Below, piece by piece: positions 47,759-57,618 of a DNA stretch of 64,000 bases. A program made the translations under genes and the position numbers. The notes beneath the pieces were generated by a model that worked only from the letters and a program-made list of their open reading frames with translations, searched no databases and was not told where the DNA came from. This DNA is from Phycisphaeraceae bacterium (GTDB lineage Bacteria > Planctomycetota > Phycisphaerae > Phycisphaerales > Phycisphaeraceae), in contig OY771506.1 in NCBI GenBank assembly GCA_963674705.1, forward strand, positions 3,712,001 to 3,776,000, given 5' to 3'. Within the stretch, counting starts at the first letter, position 1; each line of letters starts with the position of its first letter.

Positions 47759-48865
47759 ATGAAACTAAGCCGAATCATCGAAGCATTGGAGTCGTTAGCG
47801 CCGCAACACTTAGCGGAGTCGTGGGACCAGGTGGGTTTGCATGTGGGTAATCCCGAGCAACGGGTTAGCCGTGCGATGTTGTGCATCGACCTGACTGAAT
47901 CGGTCCTGGATGAAGCGATCACGCAGCAGATACAACTGATCGTGGCCTACCATCCGCCGATCTTCAAGCCACTTGCGCGACTGACGACGACGGATCTCAA
48001 GCAACGGATCATCCACACCGCCGCCCGCAAAGGCATCGCCATCTACAGCCCGCACACCGCGTTAGATGCAGCTAAAGGCGGTGTTAACGACTGGTTAGCC
48101 TATGGTTTAGGAGCCGGCAGCGTCCGTGTCATCAAACCGTGCGACTGCACTGCCAAGCGGTTCAAGCTCGTGACATTCGTGCCGTTCGAAGCGCTGGATG
48201 CTGTCCGGACAGCGATCTGCAATGCCGGTGCAGGGCGGATCGGCGAGTATGAACTGTGTTCGTACGCCTCCGACGGTACGGGAACCTTCAAGGGTGGGAA
48301 CGCAACCTCACCCACGATCGGCCAAGCAGGGCGGTTTGAGCGGGTCGAAGAGGCCCGATTGGAGGTGCCCGTCCCAGCAAACCGGCTGGCGGACGTCCTT
48401 TCAGCCCTGCGGACTGCGCATCCATACGAGGAACCAGCCTTCGATGTCTACCCGCTCGAGTCGGTATCCGACACTCAAACCGGACAGGGGCGGGTCGTCA
48501 CGCTGGACAAACCGGTTTCTCTAACTAGCCTCACCAAAAGGATTAAGGATCATCTAGGCGTCAAGCATCTGGAGGTGACCGCGGGCATGGGCCAGTCGAG
48601 CATCCAGCGGATCGGCCTGTGTGCGGGGGCTGGGGGTTCGCTGATGTCGGATGCGGGGCCGATCGATGCCTTCTTCACCGGCGAGATGCGGCATCACGAT
48701 GCTCTGGAAGCCGCCGGCCGAGGCGTCGCGGTGATTCTGGCAGGGCATACGCAGACAGAACGTCCGTACCTGCCGACCTTCCGCGGCAATCTAAAGAAGC
48801 TGACAGGTAGTGCGGTCACCTGGCAGATCAGCCGACAAGACAAGCCCCCGACAGAAGTTAAGTAA
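47759..48865 (+). CDS. Nif3-like dinuclear metal-centre protein with a PII-like insertion (YqfO type)
   Basis: AESWDQVGL, AYHPPIF, SPHTALD, KLVTFVP, AHPYEEPAFD, CAGAGG, TGEMRHH, GHTQTE. Confidence 0.93.
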   Translation: MKLSRIIEALESLAPQHLAESWDQVGLHVGNPEQRVSRAMLCIDLTESVLDEAITQQIQLIVAYHPPIFKPLARLTTTDLKQRIIHTAARKGIAIYSPHTALDAAKGGVNDWLAYGLGAGSVRVIKPCDCTAKRFKLVTFVPFEALDAVRTAICNAGAGRIGEYELCSYASDGTGTFKGGNATSPTIGQAGRFERVEEARLEVPVPANRLADVLSALRTAHPYEEPAFDVYPLESVSDTQTGQGRVVTLDKPVSLTSLTKRIKDHLGVKHLEVTAGMGQSSIQRIGLCAGAGGSLMSDAGPIDAFFTGEMRHHDALEAAGRGVAVILAGHTQTERPYLPTFRGNLKKLTGSAVTWQISRQDKPPTEVK

Positions 48866-48938
48866 CCCCCGGAAGTGCCCCCGGAAGTGCCCTCGGAAGT
48901 GCCCTCGGAAGTACCGCGGAACTGCCCTGGAACTGCCC
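48866..48938 (+). repeat. Tandem array of six 11-12-nt units (CCCCCGGAAGTG and variants)
   Basis: cccccggaagtg cccccggaagtg ccctcggaagtg ccctcggaagta ccgcggaactg ccctggaactg ccc. Confidence 0.92.
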
Positions 48939-49100
48939 GCACAAGTGTTTTGATGCATCGCCCAAAGCCCACCACTTGTCAGGCCACCCCGCAACCCAGC
49001 CGTTTGGCACGCGCCATGGAGCCTGTTACAATGCTGTGCTAACTATTAACCGTCGCCCCGGACCGGCCGGGGCTGCCAAACCGAGACGGAGATTACTCTC

Positions 49101-49340
49101 ATGGCTGAATTCCAATCGTTCGGCGCAACCCGCGTCAAAGTCGTCGTTAAGAGCAGCAACGGCACCGATTACGTCGACTACAAGCGTTCCGACGACCTGC
49201 GTCGCCTGCTGACCCCCAACGGCAAGATCCAGGGCCGAAAGCGCACCGGCCTCAGCGCCCGCGAACAGCGCCTCGCCGCCCAGGCCATCAAGCGCGGCCG
49301 CTACATGGGCCTGCTCCCCTACACCAGCGCGACCCTCTAA
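49101..49340 (+). CDS. rpsR: 30S ribosomal protein S18
   Basis: VDYK, GKI, RKRTG, QRLAAQAIKRGRYMGLLPY; GGAG upstream. Confidence 0.93.
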   Translation: MAEFQSFGATRVKVVVKSSNGTDYVDYKRSDDLRRLLTPNGKIQGRKRTGLSAREQRLAAQAIKRGRYMGLLPYTSATL

Positions 49341-49379
49341 GCGACTCCCCGCTTAGCTGACAACAACCAAAAACATGCG

Positions 49380-49417
49380 CACATCCGGCCGAACATCAGC
49401 GGCTGGATGTGTTTTTT
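49380..49417 (+). terminator. Intrinsic terminator after rpsR
   Basis: cacatccggccg-8 nt-cggctggatgtg followed by tttttt. Confidence 0.8.
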
Positions 49418-49710
49418 CATTTCGCTCCGGCATCAACGATCGACCCGGCTTCGGCCTATCACCTCCACCCGCCTTAAGCAAATTCGTCACACACGACCCC
49501 CCACTTATCCACCACCCAATGCGCGCACGGTCCTGTCGTGATTGACCCGCGCGCGCATATCTGTGAATGGCGGTGAAGCCCGGATTTGTGCTGCCCGTCA
49601 ATACGCGAACAAGAGTCTTGAAGTTGTGCGATGGTTATGGTAACGATGGAAAAAAGGCAAGAGCGTTCACGTTCTTAGCCATGTCGGGCGTCGAAGTGCA
49701 ATTGTTCGAT

Positions 49711-49927
49711 GTAGGGTGGTGATAAGCGAAGCGCAACCCACCATGATGTAGTTTGAGGTGCAAATGCAAAAGACGCCGTCATACAATGGGATGTGTACTG
49801 CGGTATTTGATATGTTGCCACCAAACAGCATGTGGATTGGTGATGATGTGTGCGGCTACCGATGAATAGTATTATGTTGAGTTAATGTGTAACCGTGGTG
49901 GGTATCGCTTCGCTCCACCCACCCTAC
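49711..49927. repeat. REPIN-like inverted pair of GTAG-type REPs
   Basis: gtagggtggtgataagcgaagcgcaacccacca (49711-49743) and tggtgggtatcgcttcgctccacccaccctac (49896-49927). Confidence 0.8.
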
Positions 49928-49981
49928 AGTAAGAACCCGTGCTACTTGCTGGGGCGTGAGGACATCGTAGGGATTAATAAG

Positions 49982-50725
49982 ATGTGGCAAGATACATTAA
50001 GCTTTCAAGGCATCGATAACATCCAGTGTTTGTTGGATGCGCCTCGCATTACATCCATACGCATCGTCAGAAAGAAACGGAAAAAAAAGAAGTGGGACGA
50101 GTGGGACGTACTTGAAAAGATGCTTGACCTGCAAGAAGCGGTAGAAGAAGGTAAGCTTGAAGTCAGCAAACAGTCGTTCATGATATATCTTTCCGGTTAC
50201 TTTGCTGGGCTTAATGAAGAGCTGTATATGTCTGTCTGCGAGAAGAATCTCGGTGATTATCTTGGAGGCGTAGTGCAGGCGTTTGTGTGCAATGGCTACG
50301 AGGTCAATAAGCCGCCTACGAACATTGGCGATGATAATCTGTTGGACTGCCGGATCTTTGCCGACTCGGTAGAGTCAGTATCAGGCGATCAATCGAAGGC
50401 GGTGGACTTCATCGTGGGGCATGATGAGGTGATATGTGCGGTGCTGCTAAAAGCCTTATTCGAATCGTTTCGTGACTTTATGAAAAACGGCAAGCCCATG
50501 AAGGGATTCAAAGAAAAGCCTACCACGGTCGAAGCGATGCGGACGCTGTGTACCTGTGAAGGGGTTTGCGTGAGTGACGAAAGTTACCAGGGCATGGCTT
50601 ATACGGAATTCTCTTTTTCGGTCGTGTGGCTGGGCCCGGATCAGTGGTTGATGGCGGTCATGCATGGCGACCGCCTGGTCCACATGGGCGGTTCCGGCGA
50701 TAACTGGGAGGATCCGGAGGCGTAG
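49982..50725 (+). CDS. Acidic hypothetical protein (start uncertain)
   Basis: Long ORF with lower GC; C-terminal FSVVW..DQWLMAVMHGDRLVHMG recalls DUF6985-like proteins (from memory); the track's 5' end lies inside the REP. Confidence 0.55.
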   Translation: MWQDTLSFQGIDNIQCLLDAPRITSIRIVRKKRKKKKWDEWDVLEKMLDLQEAVEEGKLEVSKQSFMIYLSGYFAGLNEELYMSVCEKNLGDYLGGVVQAFVCNGYEVNKPPTNIGDDNLLDCRIFADSVESVSGDQSKAVDFIVGHDEVICAVLLKALFESFRDFMKNGKPMKGFKEKPTTVEAMRTLCTCEGVCVSDESYQGMAYTEFSFSVVWLGPDQWLMAVMHGDRLVHMGGSGDNWEDPEA

Positions 50726-50834
50726 TAAATAGGCTCGATAAACGGTACGTTTTATCACTGCGTGATCAAAGTTTGGCGCCCCGGCGTGATCGCATGTTCG
50801 ATGTGATATCAATAGAATATGCATTGAGGTTTTA

Positions 50835-51305
50835 TTGAAGAATAATCATCGAGGCAAGCATATACTTCTTGTGGTGAACACCATGATGTCGGGGCTGTAT
50901 GCCGGCTTTGTAACATCTTCTTTTCTATTTCAGCGTTTTGAGTTGTCAGACACTGAAAATCGTGGTGTTTCTTGTGCCGTCATCATCTCGGTTTTGCTGG
51001 CCGTCTTGTTTGGGATTATGGCGTATGTTTCGCCGCAGAGTCCGCCTGAAAAGTCGCTCAAATACTACCTCGCTCGCGAATTGATGATATTTCTACTCAT
51101 CTTAATCGCCATCGCAGTGGTTGGAATATGCTCTGCGGTTGCAATGCTGCCTGAAAACAAAGACATGGAATTTGTCAGAGTACTTATTCTGATCGTTGCG
51201 ATTGCATACTTACTATATAGCTATCTGGTAATGCTAGCTGCGATAATCGGTGTATCTGTTGAAGTAATAAGGCGGGGCGGAAACGTAGCAGCAGATAGCA
51301 AGTAG
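50835..51305 (+). CDS. Four-TM hypothetical membrane protein
   Basis: Four hydrophobic segments; GAGG upstream of a TTG start; AT-rich. Confidence 0.55.
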   Translation: MKNNHRGKHILLVVNTMMSGLYAGFVTSSFLFQRFELSDTENRGVSCAVIISVLLAVLFGIMAYVSPQSPPEKSLKYYLARELMIFLLILIAIAVVGICSAVAMLPENKDMEFVRVLILIVAIAYLLYSYLVMLAAIIGVSVEVIRRGGNVAADSK

Positions 51306-51407
51306 CATGGGATCAACATCACCATGTAAGACGGCAATCCATACTTATTACCGCGTGATTAAAGTGAGATTGCCAGTAGTAATGGCTGTGTATTCAATCC
51401 GCAACGG

Positions 51408-51440
51408 CCCTCACCCCGGCCCTCTCCCGGGGGGAGAGGG
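51408..51440 (+). repeat. CCCTCACCCC-type REP (copy 3)
   Basis: ccctcaccccggccctctccc-ggg-gggagaggg between convergent genes. Confidence 0.88.
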
Positions 51441-51510
51441 GGAGGATGTGGCGTCAGCAATCAGATGCCATAGTTCAACTGAATCTATTTCTGCTTTGCT
51501 GAATCTTGAT

Positions 51511-52593
51511 TCAACTTGTTTGGTGTTTGCGTGAGAAGCAGCAGAGGCAGCCCATGATGCATAGCGATACGAGGCTCATCGGTTCGGGTATCTGTGTGGC
51601 GTAGATGCTCAGCAGGTCGGTGCCTTCTTCGTGGGCGGACCAGACGATGTAGCCGTCGTCGATCACCGGGCTGCGTTCGTCGGCGAGGGTGGTGCTGACG
51701 GGGAAGATGCTGCCGGTGATGATGTCCATGCCGTAGATATCGTAGTCGCCACGTCTGGTCTGTTCGGCCCAGACCATGAATCGGCCATCGATGTCGGGCA
51801 TGGTTCGTCTGATACCGATGGCGGGCAGGTTGGTGAGGTATTCGAGTGTGTTGACGTTTCTGCCGTAGATGCTGTAATCGCCATTGCCGCCGTTGATATC
51901 GTCGTACCAGACGACGGTTTGGCCATCGAATCTTGCCCATGTACTGATGATGCCCCCGATTTCGACAACTTGACCTGTGTTGATGTCTTTGACGCTTATG
52001 CCGTAGCCGTCGGTGTACATCACTTTGCCCTCGGCCGTTTCGCCGTGATATTCATAGCCTGTCGTTTGGACGACCGGAACGGAAACGCCGGTGGTCAGGT
52101 CCATGGCGTAGATGTCGGACCGCAATTGGTTGCTGTTATTACGGCCATCCTCATACACCAGTAGGTTGCCATCAAGATCGGGTCGGATCTCGGGCCAGTC
52201 TGTATTCGTGACATTGGTAAGTGAGTCAGATTGGATGTCGTATAAGAAGAGATCTTGAGCAGGGGACATGTCTGTGTAGACGCTGAAGACGATGCGTGAT
52301 TCTTCAATGACCGGCGGGTAAACCCTGTGTGGGGTGGATGTGGCGAGGCCTTGATTACCAGATGCCAGGTCACGCCACATTACTTCGTTGTTGTTCCCGT
52401 TTCTCTGAACCCATGTGACAATGCCCCCATCCAAACCCCATCTTTCATCGGGGCTGGCCAGGTCCGGAACGGACTGATGCGCGATCGTGATGATGTCGGA
52501 TGCGGAAGCGGGCTGCTGGCAGAGCCCGAAACCAAGAGCGCAGGATATGAAGCAAGCGCAAATAAAACGCGCCGGTGTAGCAAAATATTGCAT
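51511..52593 (-). CDS. TolB-like beta-propeller protein with PEP-CTERM
   Basis: Repeats of P.IDG..VW.......DIY..DI.TG; signal peptide ending ASA; IPEP-TM-RK; GGAGG upstream. Confidence 0.85.
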   Translation of the reverse strand: MQYFATPARFICACFISCALGFGLCQQPASASDIITIAHQSVPDLASPDERWGLDGGIVTWVQRNGNNNEVMWRDLASGNQGLATSTPHRVYPPVIEESRIVFSVYTDMSPAQDLFLYDIQSDSLTNVTNTDWPEIRPDLDGNLLVYEDGRNNSNQLRSDIYAMDLTTGVSVPVVQTTGYEYHGETAEGKVMYTDGYGISVKDINTGQVVEIGGIISTWARFDGQTVVWYDDINGGNGDYSIYGRNVNTLEYLTNLPAIGIRRTMPDIDGRFMVWAEQTRRGDYDIYGMDIITGSIFPVSTTLADERSPVIDDGYIVWSAHEEGTDLLSIYATQIPEPMSLVSLCIMGCLCCFSRKHQTS

Positions 52594-52860
52594 GGTCTTT
52601 CTCTCCTCCCAGATTGTTGTTACTACAAGACGATCAAGTATATAAATCTGTGGAGGATAGGGCAACAGAAAAAATGAAGATGGATCGGGAGGTGTCAGAT
52701 ATGAATCGGCCAGGTCGGGCGGCAAGAAGTGTGGATGCGTGATACGAAGTTTCTGCGTGCTGAAAGGTCCGCACCCACTACTGGCCTACGGCGGATGCTC
52801 GGTGTATTTTGATGAACATATCTGACGCATTGAGTTGGGATATCATCATAGGGGGCAATC

Positions 52861-54354
52861 ATGATGGGGAACCTGTATTCGGCCGTACGTCATTGGCGGG
52901 TGAAGTGTATTGCACCCGGGCGGTTGTGTTGGTTTGTTGTATTCATTGCGCTGGCGGTGTTGTGTTCGTCTGCGGCCGGGCAGGATGGGCGGGCTGGGAA
53001 TAAAGCGGCGATCGAGTCAAGCGGAGATGGTGTTGTTGCGGTTGAAGCGAATCCTGCCAAGGGATTTAACTTTCCTTACTACTTGTTTGTGCCCGAGCAG
53101 GTAGATCGCAGCGGGGAAGTTTATTTATATGTTGAGCCGAACAATACCGGCAAGGCTTCGGATGAGCTTGAGGTTCATCGTGAGAAGGCTTTGAAGCTGG
53201 CTACCTCTTCGTATCCGAATCGGATCGCACGAGAACTGAAGACGCCATTGCTGGTGCCTGTCTTTCCTCGGCCGGGTTCGGATTTGCGGGCATATACCCA
53301 TGCGCTTGATATCGACACGCTCAAGATCACCGAGGGGGAGCTTAAGCGGATCGATCTGCAGTTGCTGGCGATGATCGATGATGCGATAGAGATGCTGCGC
53401 GAGGATGGATACGATGTGCAGGACCGTGTATTTATGCATGGCTTTTCTGCATCGGCGAAGTTTTGCAACCGCTTTGCCTACTTGCATCCGGAACGCGTGA
53501 AGGCTGTCGCGGCGGGGGGCGTGAACGGGTTGCCCACGCTACCGATTCGTGAACGCGACGGTCACACGTTGCCTTTCCCGATCGGGATCGCGGGTATCGA
53601 AGCGTTCACGGATGGCCAATTTGACGCCGCAGCTCATTTACAGGTACCGCAATACATTTATATGGGATACATGGACCGCAACGATACGCTGCCTTCGCGC
53701 GATGCCTGGAACGAAGATGAGGCGGCGGTAATTCGGGATGCGATTGCGGAGAACATGATGCCGGAACGTTGGGAGATCAGCCAGGCGATTTATCGCGAAC
53801 ATCTGCCGTGTGCGCAGTGTGTGACATATAACGGTGTGACGCATACGATCAAACCGGAGATGCTGGAAGATATTGTGACGTTCTTCAAGGCGAATTCAGG
53901 CAAAAAGTATGTTGCGATTGAGCCGCATCAGTATCCATTCGTGGAATACAAGCAGATCCGTGAGGCTCATGTAAATGCGTTGTATTGGCCGGGCGATCCG
54001 AGGTTGCCGGCGTTTGTAAACAAGGGGTCGCGACATGACAAGTTCATGATCGGGATCGAGGAGTGGATGCCGGGGCAGAGCCATCGGCAGTTGGGTGAGT
54101 TTGTAAAAAATGCAGGGTACCGTTTTCGTTTAAAGTCGGAAGGGCGGCCGGACATTCTGATCACGAAGGATAACTTTGGCGGCACGGCCAGCGTAGGCGA
54201 CGGCAGTTTTCAGGTGTTTTATGTGAACCTGGATAAAGAACAGCAAAAAGCGATCGTATCAGATGAGCCTTACACGTTGCATCCGGAGGGTGGGAATGAT
54301 GAATATGTGTGGATCGTTAAAGATGGCGTAGAGCTTATCGTAAGCAAACGATGA
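52861..54354 (+). CDS. Secreted alpha/beta-hydrolase-fold protein with a C-terminal extension
   Basis: Nucleophile-elbow-like MHGFSASA, HPERVKAVAAG, YMGYMD, YNGVTH; start uncertain. Confidence 0.65.
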   Translation: MMGNLYSAVRHWRVKCIAPGRLCWFVVFIALAVLCSSAAGQDGRAGNKAAIESSGDGVVAVEANPAKGFNFPYYLFVPEQVDRSGEVYLYVEPNNTGKASDELEVHREKALKLATSSYPNRIARELKTPLLVPVFPRPGSDLRAYTHALDIDTLKITEGELKRIDLQLLAMIDDAIEMLREDGYDVQDRVFMHGFSASAKFCNRFAYLHPERVKAVAAGGVNGLPTLPIRERDGHTLPFPIGIAGIEAFTDGQFDAAAHLQVPQYIYMGYMDRNDTLPSRDAWNEDEAAVIRDAIAENMMPERWEISQAIYREHLPCAQCVTYNGVTHTIKPEMLEDIVTFFKANSGKKYVAIEPHQYPFVEYKQIREAHVNALYWPGDPRLPAFVNKGSRHDKFMIGIEEWMPGQSHRQLGEFVKNAGYRFRLKSEGRPDILITKDNFGGTASVGDGSFQVFYVNLDKEQQKAIVSDEPYTLHPEGGNDEYVWIVKDGVELIVSKR

Positions 54355-54497
54355 TTTGAGTGCTGTTGATAGCATGGGTGCAACTCATTTTGCACGACTG
54401 CAGTCCATGCTAATTGCTGTGGTGCATTGTTGTGGGTGTGGAGGATGGCGGTCGTTAAGAGTGCTGATGGTGCTCGCTAATTAGTTACCGCAATTAG

Positions 54498-54923
54498 TTA
54501 CCGCAGTGTAAGGACGATGATGCCGGCGATGGTGAGTAGTGCGCCGATGATCGTGCGTGGCGTGAGTGGTTCGCTGCCGGCGAGTGTGGCGGCGAGGATG
54601 CCGAACATGGGGGAGGTGAAGGCGATGGGCATGATGGTGCCGATATCGCCACCTTTGAGCGCGGCGTAGAAACAGAGCATACCGAGCGAGCCTGCGACGA
54701 TACCGCCGCCGATGATCATGTGCAGTAGTGCGGGGGTGCCTGCGTGAGTGATGGTTTTGATTTGCGGCGCGGCGATGATGCTGAGGATGATCAGCGCGAC
54801 GGCGGTACGGATGGTGATGCCGAGTTGCGGGGAGAGGTTGCCCATGTGCAGGCCCTTCTTTTCGAAGTATCCGCCGATCCCCCATGCGGCGGCGGTGAGC
54901 AGGGCGAAGAGTTGTGGTTTCAT
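54498..54923 (-). CDS. EamA/DMT family small transporter
   Basis: Five TM; AAAWG, FYAALKGG, EPLT..IIGALL. Confidence 0.85.
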   Translation of the reverse strand: MKPQLFALLTAAAWGIGGYFEKKGLHMGNLSPQLGITIRTAVALIILSIIAAPQIKTITHAGTPALLHMIIGGGIVAGSLGMLCFYAALKGGDIGTIMPIAFTSPMFGILAATLAGSEPLTPRTIIGALLTIAGIIVLTLR

Positions 54924-55045
54924 GTTTGGGCTCCGGTTTGGTAATGCGGGGTAGTTTAGTGGGTTGGGGGTGTTTGGTATATGGAGGGTAGGCCCGACTG
55001 CTGAAGCAGTCTCGCCGCACGGTAAGAGGATCGCTTGGTGTATCT

Positions 55046-55081
55046 AAAAGAAAGACCCACGCACGTGAAGTGCGTGGGTCT
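55046..55081 (-). terminator. Intrinsic terminator after glutamine synthetase
   Basis: agacccacgcac-gtgaa-gtgcgtgggtct, followed by ttctttt on the minus strand. Confidence 0.8.
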
Positions 55082-55110
55082 GTGGATTATGAATGAGGGG
55101 GACTGGTGAA

Positions 55111-57294
55111 TTACTTGATGAACAGCATTTCCTGGTAGGTCGGCAGCGGCCAGAGGTCGTCGGGAACCATCAGTTCGAGCTTGTCGGCTGCTACACGTAC
55201 GGCAAGCATGGCCGGGATGACCGTGTCACACATGTAGCGTGCCTCTGCCTTGACGCCCTTGGCTTCATGCTCGCGTGCTTTTTCAAGGCCTTCGATCGCG
55301 TCCTGCAGTTCCTTGACCAGGGCGGTCATCTTATCGAGCGTGTTGGTGTCGAACTCGTAGCCGTTGGCCTTGAGGTTCGCACAGGTCTGCGCCAACTCGT
55401 TCTGATAGCGGATGGCTGCCGGGAAGATACGCGTCTTGGCGATGCGTTCGGTGAGGATCGCTTCGACTCTGACGGTACCGACATACTGCTCGAAGTAGAT
55501 TTCCTCGCGGGAGGCCATTTCACGCTTGGAAAGGACCTTGTACTTGGCGAAGATCTTGGTGACTTCGGCGTCGGTGATAGCCGGCAGGGCGTCCGGTGTG
55601 GTCTTGTTGTTAGGCAGGCCGCGCTTTTCGGCTTCCTTATGCCAGGCCTCGGAGTAGCCGTCGCCGTTGAAGATGATGCGGCCGTGTTCCTTGATGATGC
55701 CTTGAACGAGTTTCTGGACAGCAGCATTGAGCTTCTTGGGATCGCCCTTGGTGGCGGCTTCCAGCTCGGTGGCTGCGTAGTCAAGGCTTTCTGCGATGAT
55801 CGTGTTGAGCGCGACCAGCGGGCCGGCGATCGACTGGGCACTGCCCAGAGCACGGAACTCAAACTTGTTGCCGGTGAAGGCGAACGGGCTGGTACGGTTA
55901 CGGTCGCCCGCGTCCTTGGGCAACGGCGGCAGCGTATCGACGCCGACGGTCATGACGCCGGCCTTCTTGCTGCTCTTGGCGGCGCCGGTCTTGCCGATCT
56001 TCTCGAAGATATCAGCGAGCTGTTCGCCGAGGAAGATCGAGATGATGGCCGGCGGGGCTTCGTTCGCGCCGAGGCGGTGGTCGTTACCGGCATGGGCGAC
56101 GACGGCACGCAGCAGCGGGGCGAACTTATCAACCGCACGGATGACAGCGGAGCAGAACACGAGGAACTGAGCGTTGTCGTGTGGGGTTTCGCCGGGCTCG
56201 AGCAGGTTGCCGACAGTGGCGTTGCCGAGCGACCAGTTCAGGTGCTTGCCTGAGCCGTTGACACCGGCGAATGGTTTTTCGTGCAGCAGACATTCCATGC
56301 CGTACTTCTGGGCGACGCGACGCAGCGTGATCATGATCAACTGCTGGTGGTCGGTGGCGACGTTGGCGTCTTCGTAGACCGGGGCGATTTCATACTGGCC
56401 CGGGGCCACTTCGTTGTGACGCGTCTTGACCGGAACCCCGAGCTTATAGAGTTCGCGTTCGGTATCCATCATGAAAGCGAGGACGCGTTCGGGGATAGCA
56501 CCGAAGTAGTGGTCATCAAACTCCTGTCCCTTCGGGGGAGCTGCGCCGAAGAGTGAGCGGCCGGCGTTGAGCAGGTCCGGACGGGAGAAGAAGAAGTTAC
56601 GGTCGATCAGGAAGTATTCCTGTTCGGGGCCGCCACTGGCCTTGATGAAGCCGGGGTCGCTGTGGCCGAACAGGGCGAGGATGCGCTGTGCCTGTGAGTT
56701 CAAGGCCTGCATCGAGCGGAGAACGGGGGTTTTCTTGTCCAGCGCTTCACCGGTCCATGAGACGAACGCGGTGGGGATGCAGAGGGTTGTGCCGTTCGGA
56801 TTTTCGAGGATGTACGCGGGGCTGGTGACGTCCCACGCGGTGTAGCCACGAGCTTCGAAGGTGGCGCGGATGCCGCCGGAGGGGAAGCTGGAGGCGTCGG
56901 GTTCGCCTTGGATAAGCTGCTTACCGGAGAACTCGGAGATGGTTGCGCCGACTCCATCGGGTGAGAGGAACGAGTCGTGCTTCTCAGCGGTCAAGCCAGT
57001 GAGGGGGTAGAAGACGTGTGCGTAGTGGGTGGCGCCTTTTTGGATGGCCCAGTCACGCATCGCGGCGGCGACAACGTCTGCGACGGTTTCATCGAGCTTT
57101 TCGCCATTCTCGATGGTCTTCATGAGTTTCTTGTAGACATCCTTGGGCAGCCGATCGCGCATCACCGCGGGGCCGAACACGTTGACGCCGTAGATTTCAC
57201 TAGCAGGCGTGTCCGCGAAGTTCAGTGGCGGGGAGATGGGCTTGTAGTTGGTAACTGCCGAAATCGCTTCTCGTCGTGAATTACTGCCGCTCAT
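55111..57294 (-). CDS. glnA: Glutamine synthetase type III
   Basis: 727 aa; [79 protein letters not shown]. Confidence 0.96.
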   Translation of the reverse strand: MSGSNSRREAISAVTNYKPISPPLNFADTPASEIYGVNVFGPAVMRDRLPKDVYKKLMKTIENGEKLDETVADVVAAAMRDWAIQKGATHYAHVFYPLTGLTAEKHDSFLSPDGVGATISEFSGKQLIQGEPDASSFPSGGIRATFEARGYTAWDVTSPAYILENPNGTTLCIPTAFVSWTGEALDKKTPVLRSMQALNSQAQRILALFGHSDPGFIKASGGPEQEYFLIDRNFFFSRPDLLNAGRSLFGAAPPKGQEFDDHYFGAIPERVLAFMMDTERELYKLGVPVKTRHNEVAPGQYEIAPVYEDANVATDHQQLIMITLRRVAQKYGMECLLHEKPFAGVNGSGKHLNWSLGNATVGNLLEPGETPHDNAQFLVFCSAVIRAVDKFAPLLRAVVAHAGNDHRLGANEAPPAIISIFLGEQLADIFEKIGKTGAAKSSKKAGVMTVGVDTLPPLPKDAGDRNRTSPFAFTGNKFEFRALGSAQSIAGPLVALNTIIAESLDYAATELEAATKGDPKKLNAAVQKLVQGIIKEHGRIIFNGDGYSEAWHKEAEKRGLPNNKTTPDALPAITDAEVTKIFAKYKVLSKREMASREEIYFEQYVGTVRVEAILTERIAKTRIFPAAIRYQNELAQTCANLKANGYEFDTNTLDKMTALVKELQDAIEGLEKAREHEAKGVKAEARYMCDTVIPAMLAVRVAADKLELMVPDDLWPLPTYQEMLFIK

Positions 57295-57438
57295 GGGCCA
57301 TGCGCTCCTCTAAAAGTGCATTTGTGAAGGTTCAGGATGTACGACCATTGCCTTACGAATGAGATGCCGCTGTTTCACTGCGAATAACCGTCAATAAACG
57401 GCCTAGGCGGGGATTAAGTGACACTCATTCAGGCCGAT

Positions 57439-57498
57439 ACTCTAGCGAATGTCTAGTTGTGATGCAACCCCTATCATATTATGCACAATAATAAGGCA
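57439..57498 (-). promoter_or_regulatory. Sigma-70-like glnA promoter with an upstream NtrC-like site
   Basis: Minus strand TTGCAT-N17-TAGAGT (57467-57439); TGCACAATAATAAGGCA at 57482-57498. Confidence 0.45.
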
Positions 57499-57618
57499 GT
57501 CTTTGGATTGTCGCGTACAGATGCTGCAATAATTGTAGGTAAATACGTTAAAACATTGATATATATCTACTTAAGTGTAGATTAATTGTGGGGACGTGAT
57601 TGTTTTAAGTGTTTCCGA

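Noticed and set aside
48866..48938. CRISPR array
   Set aside because: Units are 11-12 nt with no spacers, and there are no cas genes
49000..49025. Sigma-54 promoter TGGCACG upstream of rpsR
   Set aside because: The -12 position is GG rather than GC
49505..49513. DnaA box or replication origin
   Set aside because: Only one imperfect box (TTATCCACC), no cluster and no dnaA/dnaN
51485..51940. Arg/His-rich ORF (similarly 54481-55020)
   Set aside because: Alternative frames of real genes; the composition is a codon-bias artefact
55093..56253. 386-aa plus-strand ORF
   Set aside because: Antisense to glutamine synthetase
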